This document shows positions 10,592-22,041 of a stretch of DNA of 64,000 bases, piece by piece. The DNA is taken from positions 96,001 to 160,000 of the forward strand of contig JBEKIG010000002.1 of NCBI GenBank assembly GCA_050011875.1, given 5' to 3'. A program made the translations under genes and the position numbers. A model generated the notes under the pieces. The model was not told where the DNA came from, searched no databases, and saw nothing but the letters and a program-made list of their open reading frames with translations. The stretch's first letter is position 1, and each line of letters begins with the position of its first letter. Origin of the DNA: Nitrososphaeria archaeon. Its GTDB lineage: Archaea; Thermoproteota; Nitrososphaeria; JACIWG01.

Positions 10592-13333
10592 CTATGATGG
10601 CTTTGGATTTTCGACTCGGACCACACCATGCTTACCAGCTACCCGCCTCGGCAACACAACCCTCCAAAGGACCACAACAGCCACCAAGACAACAGCTATC
10701 AAAACAATCAAAATAGACGCGATAACCCAGTTTATCGAGAAGCTTGCCTGCAGGCTCTCAGCAGAGTTCACCACCACGCTGACGCCGGTCTCGCTTGAAG
10801 ACGTTGCACCAGACCAGCCGTCAAACTTGAACAGGAAAAACGCAGGACTAGCTGCAAGCTGAACAGTCGAACCCAAGGGCACAAACAGCGTCCTATTACT
10901 CGCACCACCCACCTTACCAGCAAGCGAGGCAGAGCTATAGGAAACGCTTCCGAAACTCGAAGAAACAACAGAGAGACCAGGATAGAACATAGCGCTTTCA
11001 AAGATAGGACCACGAACCGTAACAGTGAACGGATTACTCACCCCCCCATACGAGCCGACCCCTGAACCATTCCAAAACTCGAACTGCCAACCACCATTTG
11101 AAGCAGCAGAAAGCTGAACCTGCTCACTGGAATTAAACCAATCCGACAAAGGAGACACGAAACCACCCTGCTGGCTGTTGGAAAGGACCTGAACATAATA
11201 TTGGTGGTAGTATTGTAAGGTCGCGGTGGTAGGTCCCGAGACAGCCCCTGCGTCGGTCTGAGACGTAATCCACCTTTCAGATGAATTAGAACTGGAGAGA
11301 GGGTTAGTGACCGACCAAGATGAACCATAATCAAACCAGTAAGAGATAGACATACTCATTAAGGTCGGCGAAAACTTCACACCATTCTGCAAGCCTGAGA
11401 ATAGCGGGGCGGCTGGCGAACCACCTCCAGACATAGAATACGCCAGAGTCCAAGCCACCTGGAAGTAATACGGAACAACTACCACAGACCCCGAAACAGT
11501 TCCCGAGGTTCCAGTAATGGCTATCCACCTTGTGTTGGAATCGGACCCTGCTAGCAAGGCTGTGAACGAATAGGATGAATTCGCGTCCGCCCAGTCAGTG
11601 AAATTCGCCACCCCCTGCATCTGCGACCCAAACCTGATGTAACCGACGGTTGGAGCAGTGTAGCCAGGCTGACCGGAGTTCTCAAAGGTGAAGCTAAACA
11701 GAACGTAGTACTGGTCGTAATATGTGAAAAGAACGGACTGGGCGGCGGAAACGGTTCCTGAGGTCACATCCTGAGTGTACCATCTATGCACGCTACTCGA
11801 CCCCTGTAAGGGGTTCGAAACAGACCAGAGCTGTCCGCTGTCAGCCCAATAGTCCGTGGGTGAGCCGAAGAGGCTAACAGCAGCCGTTGAGCCGAACTGA
11901 GTTAGGGTAAGATTGGGCGCGGAAGGAGCTCCTCTCCCTACTGTCGTATAGCTGGAAGTCAACCTGTACTGGTGGTAGTATGTTACAGAGAATGAAGTAC
12001 TAGCGCTGACCACGCCAGTCGCAGACTGAGTGGCCCACCGTTCGTTTACGGACGATCCGGGCAACGGATTCTGAAAGGAATACAATGAGTTGGTGTCCAT
12101 GTAGTAGGTGGTAGAATTAGTGGAAAGCTGGATGCTGTACTGAATCCCGCCGAAACTGTATGTGAAGGATGGTGCAGAATACCCACTTCCCCCACCTTGA
12201 ACCAAATAATTCATGTTAACTGTGACAACACTATATACTCCCGTGGTGAACTGATACCCGTCAGAAGCCTCCGTGGCGTTATGGGATGAGACGTACTGCA
12301 ATGTGTTCGGACTCGTGTAGGCGACGGGAGTATTCGTGGAAGCCAAGAATAACAATTGGCCAGTGCTCGGCACCCATTCATCCATCCACATCCAGGCGGA
12401 GGGTTGTGCAAAGTTGTTTTCCCAATATGTCACATTTGCCTCTCCTCCATAATATGTTGAGGAGTGCCACCATTCCGTCATAAGCCCGGTCCAGAAGCCG
12501 ATACTGTTCGTTGGCGATGAAGTAAGGCCTATGAAATAAGAAGAGCCCTCCTGGTTGAACATCTTTACGGCCCCTGCCCCCGTATTATAATCATATGCTT
12601 GCATCACGACGTCGCCCCCAGAAAAGAACAGGTTAAGGAGGACTGTATCCCCCTTGTTCACGGCCCCTGAGAAGGACGATATTCCACCTCCGCTTGCTGG
12701 GTAGATTGAATTACCACTTGGGTCAAAGACTTCGTAATTCATGCTAAAGCCCGATGCGTAGCCGCCACTAGAAAAAGGCCAATTCCAAGAAAGGCCCACC
12801 TGATACCAATACCCCGTATCAGTAAGGCCACATAGCAGATAGCCCGGTCCGTAGCCGTTGCTGTCCGCCTGAGCCACCGCGGTGATGTTGTATGCCATGC
12901 TTGTGAAGTTCTGGGTGAAAGTTAACCCCAGCTGCTCGTCGTAAATCGCGGATGGTTGATTCTCAACTGGGTAATCCTGGTTGTTTACAGTAGACAGCTC
13001 CAAACCAGCCAATCGATGGCCTTGCGATTGACCCGCCGGAGAATCAGAGCTGAAAGATTCTGGTACGTTTGGACGACACATCGAGCAAGAGTAAGATCCA
13101 TCCGAACCCAGCCCAGTTGAAATGTTAACACCACCTGAAGAGGGATTCATGACGGAGGAAGTTGCTCCAAAAACGCCAACATGAGGCGCTGTCCAACCAA
13201 GAGCGACAAGCATTACAATTAACAGAATGCAGAAACCTAATCCCTTGGTAATACGTCGAACTGGGCAACCTTGAATCTTAATCAAAGCCGGTTTCAACCT
13301 TCTCTTTACGCATCGACACCTTCGTGACTGCAA
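10592..13333 (-). CDS. Large membrane-anchored secreted protein with tandem beta-rich repeats (thermopsin-associated/S-layer-like); true start may be downstream
   Basis: N-terminal hydrophobic segment; S/T/G/Y-rich; repeated NPL.GSS..ERW and YYHQY units; W.F..W.G repeats; C-terminal TM helix plus basic tail; visibly GC-richer than flanks. Confidence 0.7.
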   Translation of the reverse strand: MQSRRCRCVKRRLKPALIKIQGCPVRRITKGLGFCILLIVMLVALGWTAPHVGVFGATSSVMNPSSGGVNISTGLGSDGSYSCSMCRPNVPESFSSDSPAGQSQGHRLAGLELSTVNNQDYPVENQPSAIYDEQLGLTFTQNFTSMAYNITAVAQADSNGYGPGYLLCGLTDTGYWYQVGLSWNWPFSSGGYASGFSMNYEVFDPSGNSIYPASGGGISSFSGAVNKGDTVLLNLFFSGGDVVMQAYDYNTGAGAVKMFNQEGSSYFIGLTSSPTNSIGFWTGLMTEWWHSSTYYGGEANVTYWENNFAQPSAWMWMDEWVPSTGQLLFLASTNTPVAYTSPNTLQYVSSHNATEASDGYQFTTGVYSVVTVNMNYLVQGGGSGYSAPSFTYSFGGIQYSIQLSTNSTTYYMDTNSLYSFQNPLPGSSVNERWATQSATGVVSASTSFSVTYYHQYRLTSSYTTVGRGAPSAPNLTLTQFGSTAAVSLFGSPTDYWADSGQLWSVSNPLQGSSSVHRWYTQDVTSGTVSAAQSVLFTYYDQYYVLFSFTFENSGQPGYTAPTVGYIRFGSQMQGVANFTDWADANSSYSFTALLAGSDSNTRWIAITGTSGTVSGSVVVVPYYFQVAWTLAYSMSGGGSPAAPLFSGLQNGVKFSPTLMSMSISYWFDYGSSWSVTNPLSSSNSSERWITSQTDAGAVSGPTTATLQYYHQYYVQVLSNSQQGGFVSPLSDWFNSSEQVQLSAASNGGWQFEFWNGSGVGSYGGVSNPFTVTVRGPIFESAMFYPGLSVVSSSFGSVSYSSASLAGKVGGASNRTLFVPLGSTVQLAASPAFFLFKFDGWSGATSSSETGVSVVVNSAESLQASFSINWVIASILIVLIAVVLVAVVVLWRVVLPRRVAGKHGVVRVENPKPS

Positions 13334-13565
13334 ATGAAGTTTGAGTACCCGTGACTTCTGGTCGCAGAAAGTTCGACAAGAAGGAATCTCTTAAGCCATA
13401 AACGATAAACATCAGAGACATTGTGTAATGCGTGTTAATAAATCTTAATTTCTGCCAGCCATTCCTTGATAAGCTTGAAAATTATGTTTACTTTGTTTCA
13501 CGTTCGTTCTGATTTGTAGTAAGAATCGTGGTGCTCGAAGGAAAGGTCAAGATCCCCACAGTGAA

Positions 13566-13751
13566 GCGTTCGAATCTCTGTAAACAATCCAATCCTGGTT
13601 TGGGTAAGGCGGGATTCATACCTAAATGGGTTCGAGTCCCTAAATGATGATCATATGATGCGGCGTCCGGGATTTAGCTCCGAACGGGTATGCAACAGTC
13701 AGAAATGATGCCGAGGGCCGGGTATTAACACAAATGTTTGGGTTCAAACAC
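13566..13751. other. Cluster of tRNA T-arm/3'-end fragments (possible att-site remnants)
   Basis: GGGTTCGAGTCCC (13628-13640); minus-strand AAATCCCGGACGCCGCA (13659-13675) and CCCGGCCCTCGGCA (13709-13722); weaker T-loop-like pieces at 13566, 13608 and 13739. Confidence 0.5.
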
Positions 13752-14212
13752 TACTTACGAAAATTAAATCTCTATTAAACTGGTGGATAAGGGTTCCTTT
13801 ATATAGTAGGACCACTTCTTATATTCGATAGCGATGCGTCTTAGTAGATTTGTTACTAACATGGAAGGATATCTGATTAAGAGCAGAGGCTATCAAAGCC
13901 GACTTCTAAATTTTAGAAACATCTAACGAATCATGATTTTGGTCTATCTTTAGAATTGGCGATAGAATAAAAGATATAGTGTGGCTAGTTGACCTCTCGC
14001 TTTTTTTATATTAAGGAATAGATTTATAATTTTATATACTCAATAAAGGATAATTGTATTTTGAAGGCATTGAATAATGATCCTGATAAAGACTTAGTTG
14101 AAAAACAAGAATTACATAGTTACTTTCCTTCCACACATCCTGCATCTGACAATTGGGCCGATATTCATTTTCACACGTCTTGCATGCCTTCTCATAATGT
14201 CTCACATCAGAA

Positions 14213-17200
14213 TTAGTTCTCTATTCCATTATCTTCTCCAGTTTCTCCTCCCTGCAGAATTTTTAAGGTATTCTTTATTTCTTTCAATTCTTCACTTGAT
14301 ATGTCATAAAGCCTTGCGACGTTTTTGTCAAGTTCTTCTTCAACTTTTTCCAATTCTTCTTTAGCTTTTGGATCATTTCCTTCATGTGATATCTTTGCAA
14401 GTTCGTGTGCTTTTAGTGAAAGATTGGAGATATCAATATGGAGGGTATTATTTAAGTCAAATTTGGGAATATACACAACATTTGGTACATCTGTTGTAAT
14501 ATGAACCTCAAGCAGATAACTACTGACAATTAACCTTGCAAATGAGGAGTTTAGGATTCCACATAGATAATGTGCTTCTTCTCTCGTTTTAGATGTTATC
14601 ATAACTAAACCATGTGAAAGTGCTACAACTTTCTCACCTAAGAATCCATCATTGACGGGAGTTATTACTGAACATGAAAAGCTTGCTATACCTGAAATAG
14701 AACCTGCTATGTGCTTCCAAACTATTTTATAGGGAGATAAAGATGGGCCAACATTAAAAAGCATGTAAAAAGGTATTTTTTCTATTTCTTTACTTTTGCC
14801 TTGATAGACAACCAATTTTGTCTTGAACGGTTCCCCTTTGCGACCTATCAGTTCTTCGTAGAAGCTTTTGAAATATGAGAATGTACCTGGATATCGTGCC
14901 TTTAGCTCAGAAATTGGTATTGTGTTTCCCTTCCAATCTGTGGGTAATAGAATATAGAGTTTGGGCTTATAATACCACATCTTTGCGTCCTTGCCACGTA
15001 TTATGGGATAAACAAGGTCTTTTTCAACAACATGTTCTAACTTCTTTACTTTTGCTTTTGCAGTTTCACTTATATTTTCAACTAAGAGCTTATTTGCATT
15101 TTCACTTTTAATTTGTGCCCAAAAGACTGCATCAAGTCCGGTAAAGATACCTGAATGAGCCTTATAATCAGATGGCCGCATTATTCTCTGTGCGATTTCA
15201 TAAGCTTTTTCGCTGATTATCATCCATGGCGTTTCTGGGTTTCCCTTTTTTATAGGAGCTAAAATCATGCAATATCTTTTTATCGTCTCTCTTACTTCCT
15301 CTAAATCAGATTCTTGTGCAACTCCTTTACTATTTTGACTACTCCACATAATACATGGAATGGGAAATTCAGTCTTACCACTTTTCTCGATTATGATCAG
15401 GGATGTCCTGTTAATTGCACCTTCAAATGGAAAAAGAGTGACTAAGTCATGGATTTTTAAAACGCTGCACGGGATTTTTCTTTCTTTTTCGTCAATACCA
15501 TTTGCTAAAAATCTTCTGAACCCCGCCCCCGCTTGAGTTTTATACAATGTAAAAGGTATTAGAAAAGCGAACTTACCATGATCTTTAACGTATCTGTCTA
15601 AACATCTTGCGGTAAAGAGCATTGACATATCTCTCTTGGTTTTACCTAATCCCATTCCTTCTGTTTTTTCCAATAAACCATAACTGTCCCATAGTCTTTT
15701 AGTATCATCCCTATATTTTTCTGGCAAGCTTTCCCAGTTTATCCAAGGAGGATTTCCAACAACGTAATCAAATTTCTCTATTAAAAGGGGGGCGAAGGAG
15801 TTCTTCAGTAATCTCGTCCAAATCTTGTTTTTTCCTTCTTTCTCAAGTTTCCTCATGAACATGTAAAGTCTTATCAGAGAGTCTATCGTTTCCCCTTTGA
15901 CATTCTTTAAGGCGTTTTCCAAAAGTCCGCTGAATTGGTCTTTAGTGTAGTCACCTTTGAAACCTGTCTCAATAAACGCTAACACGGTCGGGAGCAACTT
16001 TTTATCAAGAACTTCAGAGGGAAACCAAAACTCGCCTACAGCAGTCCTTAGATATACTTCCCATTCACCAGAGAATGTAGGCTTCCTACTAACTAATATT
16101 GAGTCAGCCAAATATACTGGAATATCGATATTCTGTCCAAACAGAAGCCTGTTCAATTCACCTAAAGCTAAGACATAGTTCGCTCTGGCAGCTAACACAG
16201 CTAAAGGATTAAGATCTATACCAATCACATTATGGGTGATTTTGCTAAGTAATTCTCTTTTATCAGAATAGAATTCTCTCTCAGCCCAATCTTTTATTCT
16301 GTTTATTGCCAAAACTAGGAAGGTTCCTGAACCACATGCAGGATCCAAAATCCTTCTTTCTGGATTTCCATCAAAACCAACTTCATCAAGCACCAGTTCT
16401 CCTAACCAATCGGGCGTGAAGTATTCACCTAAGTCATGTCTAACTTTTTTGGGTAGGAGATTTTGATATAGCTGTTTGAAAAGGTCTTTTACTTTCTCTG
16501 GATAAAGTTCAGAAGTTCCTGGATCATATTCCTTAAGTTACTCTATGATGAGGATAAATGCGTCCGCAATTTCTTTACTCCATTCATCTAAATACCAGGC
16601 GAAATAATCGGCTTCAAACAAGTTTCTTATGCCAAGTTGGGCTATTATTCCCCCTTCTTCAAGATCCTCTAGCTCTTTCTTCATCTCATCCAGATCCATT
16701 TGATACGCAATTTCTATTCTGTCAAGAAAAGAGCCGAACATAGGGTTAAAGTAAGAAATCACTTCAGATGTGATCAACTTCATGATAAAAGTATAATATG
16801 CATGGGTAGCGAACATCAGTTTCTCAGGATCCATTACCTTAATGTCCTTCAGACCATAGTATTCCAAGAGGGCACTTAGTTTTTCCGGGGAGTAGGCGCA
16901 AACTTGAGAGAAAACCCTTCTCCAATCCTCAAAAAGCACGCTTGTCCTTTTAGATCTGCAGTTTGCCAAACTCGAATATATTTGAGTTACAACCTTCCTG
17001 CTCAGCTCCCCTGGCCCAAAGTCCATAACCAAAGCTTCAGGTTCGATCACTCGAAGCTTTAACCCTCTTATCGCCTTCAAAAGGACCTTAAGAGTTTCAC
17101 TATTCACAGCAAGAGGCTTATCCTGTTCTTCCCACTTGTTTTTTCTGAATCTTATAGTGGCAAAATTGTAACCATCTATTATGACACCAAACCATCTACC

Positions 17201-17527
17201 GAGAAGTTTAGGATCAACAGTTTCTTCCCTGATATACTTCTTCACCTGCTCCTTTGTTTTCTCAAATTCGTTTTGGTCATCAAGTTTCCTTGGCGCCTTA
17301 AATTCTATTATCACCTGCCCATATAACGCATCTTTTCTAGCTCCAGAGATTATTGTGCGCTGTTCATATTTCGCTGGAGGAATATTCCACTTTTTTATTA
17401 TTGGATCGAGCAACTTAACAATTTCGATCTTTAGTTCTTCTTCGTTTTCTGCTACCGAAGCAGCTCTATTTATATCATTAGCCAATCCCTGTGTGTCCAC
17501 CGTTTCTAAGCTAAGTTCAACTCCCAC
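14213..17527 (-). pseudogene. Type IIG restriction-modification enzyme (endonuclease + m6A methyltransferase + TRD), split by one in-frame TAA
   Basis: N-part has KDALYGQVIIEFK (PD-(D/E)xK-like); reading through TAA 16538-16540 gives LKEYDP...RHDLGEYFTPDWL joining in frame to LDPACGSGTFL and GNPPW. Confidence 0.85.
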
Positions 17528-17791
17528 ATTAAATCAAAGAATTAATATTATTCGATATTTATAAATTTGATATTGACATGATATTCCTCAAGCCACTTCT
17601 GAAAGCCGGATAGGGCAGTCTACATGTTTTCTACTTTTTAGATAATAAGCCTGTATAGAGTTTGCAGCCTCCATAAAATGGAGACTCCTACACGTTCACC
17701 TCACAGAGATAGACCTTTATAAAATCGGATCGGTAAAGAATTTCCCTTAACATCAAGCTGAAACCTGCTTCCCTCCAATACTAGACAATCT

Positions 17792-18560
17792 TTACCAAAT
17801 TGGTTATGTCAATTTCTGAATAAAATAACGTGTTGAGCGACAGCGTTTTAAGATTTTTAGTTTTGGCTCAATCAGAAAAAATCGGAAACGCTAACGATAA
17901 ACATTCCGCTTGCTGGCTCGGACAGATCCCCCTGTGCAATATCGCGCATCATATCGCTCTCATGCAAAACGATAATAAGTTGAGCCAACAGGAAATAGTT
18001 ATCGATAGCATTTTGTTTTAAAACGTGTTGAGCCAAACCAAATTTAGATGTTTGTCTTTAGCTCAATCAATTTTAAATGCACTTAACCGATTCGGCTATG
18101 ACCCTTAACCAAATCAGTTAAGTTTATCCTTAACCAAATTGCGCCAAAAGTAGCGGGCAAGATAGACAACCCCTACACGAGGTACAGGGGAAGGAAGATC
18201 AATAACCGAGACTTTCTCTGGCTGTTCCCAGACCTTGGAAGGTGTTATAGATGAGTGTGTCTGATAGTTTCTTTTCAGCACTATCAATCATTGCACCTTC
18301 GTCTGTTGAAATAGTAAAGAAGATACTTGAGAAGTGAAAGCTGTCTGACAGGGAGCTGGAGCTCCTGATTCTAGCTTCAATAAGCGAGCAGAACAAGACG
18401 ATAGGTAGATTATTTGAAAAATCAGAAAGTCAGTTTAAGGTCGTGTGTACAAACCAGGAGGCCATGCAAAGGAACATCCAGACTACTTTGATCGAGATAA
18501 AGAATCTAAAGCAGGACCTATATCGAAAGGGCGCTATTTAGGAAGTAACCAAACTGGTTA
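17792..18560. repeat. Dispersed palindromic TAACC-N5-GGTTA motifs and two TTGAGC...GCTCAATCA units
   Basis: 15-mers at 17792, 18084, 18106, 18131, 18546; AACGTGTTGAGC...GCTCAATCA at about 17827-17873 and 18021-18069. Confidence 0.6.
18251..18541 (+). pseudogene. Small coiled-coil hypothetical protein with one in-frame TGA
   Basis: GAAGGTG SD-like motif then MSVSDSFF...KILEK*KLSDRELELL...LYRKGAI*; TGA at 18335-18337. Confidence 0.5.
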
Positions 18561-19721
18561 TGTGTCCCTTACGTTTACCATATTAGTAAATGGCACCGTT
18601 TGCGTTGCCAGACTCGTTTCATGACAAAAAAATCGCATGTTTTATCACTATTTTTTTTAGCTAAATTTGGCCTTGAAATGACCTTAAAAAATGTTTACCA
18701 ATGGGAAATAGCTCACCCAGTGATTAAAGTATCCTAAAATCCCCTTTTGCCCCGTACTTATAACAGGAAGTATGCTATCTCAATGAGAAGAATGATTATG
18801 CATCCAACTCCGATAATCCAGACGAATAATGTAATAGGAGAGTTTTAGCGACTTCTTCAGGATCTTCTCTCATCAGCTTCCCAATCTTCTGTGATCCGCT
18901 GTCTACGGTCTCCTGCCCCTTCACGATCTTATCAATTACGTCGACGCAAGCATCTATGATCCTAAATGCTACTTGTTTAAGACAGCCAAAACGTTAGATT
19001 TCCACAGCTCTTATATAACCCGAAAGTAGACTTCAATTTATAATTTTTTAGTCAATGCACCCTTCCATTATAAAACAACTTCAGGAGACCCTTTATTTTT
19101 TCCCTTTCATCATCAGTTGGCATCCATCCAGTCTTCTTTTATTAGGTTCCCCAAGATTCTATCTAACGACTTTCTGCCATAAGGTTCACATGCACCATAC
19201 GAGTCTCTCTTTGATATGCCTACGAGTTTAGAGTATACTATGTATAGCATATATTCTATTATCATCAACAAAAAGATTATGAGTGTAGGGTAAACTAAGT
19301 GCTAACATTATTTTATGATTAATGAGTGTTAGTAAGAAATTACATTAAATATAGTCTTTAAAGATTAAAGGAAATATTTGACGAGGCTGGATTAATAGTT
19401 TTAAGCAAACTTACAGTATCAGAATACGTGAGAAGATAATGTATGGTGCAAAGAGGAGCAAGAAGCAGAAAAAAAGATTAAAGAAAGGAAAAAGACGTTA
19501 AGTCTTCTGCTAGTTCTAGTGGAAAAGTATAATTAAGATATATAGAAACTTGTAATACAAAGAAGGTTAGAGCTCAATTCATATCAGCTAGACATTAAAC
19601 AGACTTTAGCCCTCAAAGATTGGAGAGATACATTATAAAGTAAGTTTGTAAATTTTACAATATAACTATTATGTTGATATAAGTTGGAAATCTCACAGAT
19701 ATAGCACGAAGGACTTGTTGA

Positions 19722-20213
19722 CTAAACCTTATTATTTCGAGAGATGAAGTCTTCCTTATCTCCTGATAGTTGGTAAATATATGCTCCAATCTCCACCTTC
19801 CCTTCTCTTCTAAGTTTAGAAAAGAGCCAAGACAGTAAGCTAAACTGTTCTACTGTAAGTGGTGGGTCCTTATAACGTGATGGATCGCTGAAGACCCATT
19901 CACCTTCTCCCTGCTTATATGCCTTCCAAGGAAGCACGCTAAGTGCGGGTTCTTGAGCTTGTTGCGATACTATACTGGGCTGAAAGCTCTCTTCAGACGA
20001 GGATGTGGGAACTGGAGAAGGTTTTGTCCTCTTTAATCCTAAAACATAAACCAAGGTAATATCCTGAAATAGATTTCCTTTCTCATCCAGTTTTGGGATC
20101 GCCCTTTCTTTTATTGATAGAAGCTCCCAACCATTGAGAAGATGGTCATTTACTGCTTGAACTTCTGTTAGCTCTTTAACAGCTTCTATACCCCTATAAT
20201 TTCGTTCATTCAT
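19722..20213 (-). CDS. Hypothetical protein (likely mobile-element derived)
   Basis: 163-aa ORF with ATG and an SD-like motif upstream; two domains separated by a Ser/Pro linker. Confidence 0.6.
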   Translation of the reverse strand: MNERNYRGIEAVKELTEVQAVNDHLLNGWELLSIKERAIPKLDEKGNLFQDITLVYVLGLKRTKPSPVPTSSSEESFQPSIVSQQAQEPALSVLPWKAYKQGEGEWVFSDPSRYKDPPLTVEQFSLLSWLFSKLRREGKVEIGAYIYQLSGDKEDFISRNNKV

Positions 20214-20791
20214 TGATTATACCATCCTCTACTCGTTATATATGAGCGTAATGTTTTTCTTAAACCACTTTTCAAATCATATCAGCTGCCCTACTATCAC
20301 TATTGTTTAATTCCTAATTATTATGATCGACATTTAAATCTTTTGAAATATTCGGAAACTTGTCATGGAGGACTCAATAGAAGTTCATGTTCATTTAGAG
20401 GATCTTTTTTATATGCAAAGTTTATAGTTAATGTGTGTTGGCGAGGCTTATACTATGTTAGATTAGTTTGTCCCAATTAGCATAGTCATGTAGAGAGGCT
20501 AATACCTTAAATGTGTCATCTTACAATTCAACATGATAAAGCAGACCATGGTATTAATCTCTGGCTCGTCCTAGACGTGTTTAGGTATTCATTGTACCTC
20601 CACCGGGATATTAAAGGCTTGAAGTATGCAGAAACATCGAAATGGAAATAAGACCATAGTTGTTGGTCAACCCATTTGATCTGTCTGAATATTCTAAATT
20701 TTTGAAAAAATTCTTCCGTTTCTGATAAGTGATTTATCGATTAGAAATAATATTAAGACTATTTCTTTATAAGATGTAATAATAAAAGTAT

Positions 20792-21679
20792 ATGGAAATG
20801 TTGACTTTCTACATTGTAGATGTGTTTGCGGAGTCAAAATATTCAGGTAACCAACTTGCGGTCGTTATAGGTGCAGAGGGACTTTCTGGCTTAGTAATGC
20901 AGAAGATTGCAAAGGAAATAAATTATTCGGAAACAACCTTTGTTCTGTCAAAAGAAGAACAAGGAGGCGGATATGATGTCCGCATTTTTACTCCAGAAAG
21001 AGAGGTGCCATTTGCAGGCCATCCGACTCTTGGAACTGCATACGTTATACAGCACGAAATTGTTAAGGCCGCTGTTGATAAGATAGTTTTGAATTTGAAA
21101 GCGGGCAAGATTCCGGTATCATTTAACCATAACGGGAAGCAGAGGGGCATTTTATGGATGAAGCAGTTACAGCCTGTGTTCGGTCAAAACCTTGATATCA
21201 AATCAATTTCACAGGTTTTGGGTCTCAATTCTGAGGATCTGGACAGTAGATTTCCTATCCAAGAAGTTTCTACGGGTCTACCTTTTATTATAGCTCCATT
21301 GAAAAGCTTAGATGCTTTAAAGCGGGCTAGAACTATTAAAGAAAAATACTTTGAGTTAATCAAGAATATACAAGCAAAAGCTATACTCATCTTCTGTCCC
21401 GAAACTCATAAAAAAGGGAAAAACCTGAGTGTCCGCGTTTTTGCCGACTACTATGGTGTGGCAGAAGATCCTGCAACAGGAAGTGCAAATGGTTGCCTAG
21501 CTGCATACTTGGCAAAACATCGGTATTTCGGAGGAGGTCGAGTCGAAGCTCGGGTGGAACAGGGTTATGAAATAGGCAGACCCTCTCTTCTTCTTCTCAA
21601 AGCTGAGGATAGACAGGGGAAAATAGATGTACAAGTTGGCGGAAGAGTCATAATGATTGCAAAAGGGAAATTCCTGTAA
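20792..21679 (+). CDS. PhzF family isomerase/epimerase
   Basis: VDVF...GNQLAVV, SETTFV, RIFTPEREVPFAGHPTLG, EDPATGSA. Confidence 0.92.
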   Translation: MEMLTFYIVDVFAESKYSGNQLAVVIGAEGLSGLVMQKIAKEINYSETTFVLSKEEQGGGYDVRIFTPEREVPFAGHPTLGTAYVIQHEIVKAAVDKIVLNLKAGKIPVSFNHNGKQRGILWMKQLQPVFGQNLDIKSISQVLGLNSEDLDSRFPIQEVSTGLPFIIAPLKSLDALKRARTIKEKYFELIKNIQAKAILIFCPETHKKGKNLSVRVFADYYGVAEDPATGSANGCLAAYLAKHRYFGGGRVEARVEQGYEIGRPSLLLLKAEDRQGKIDVQVGGRVIMIAKGKFL

Positions 21680-22041
21680 TTTATGTTCACAATTTAAATT
21701 TATTTTAGCTGTTTTTTTCTTGCTATCAACTCTTCCACAGTTTTGGTCGTTGATTGTAATGGAAATGCTTCTTAGCTTTAATATTATCTTAAACTTAGTT
21801 TAGCCAACACCTTAACAGATTATCCGATAGGAATCAGAGTATAGGATATAGATTGTTTACCCAAAACTTATTGTGTAAAAAATTTTAATCAAGAAAGGAA
21901 AAGCTAAGTTTACCTACAATAGCAATGTTTAAAATTCTTATACACATTCTACAAACAGCTCTGGGGATATATTCGCAATTAGAACTAATTGCTTGTACAG
22001 TCATATAGATAATGTTTATCCCAAAGAAGACTTTTGGTTGT

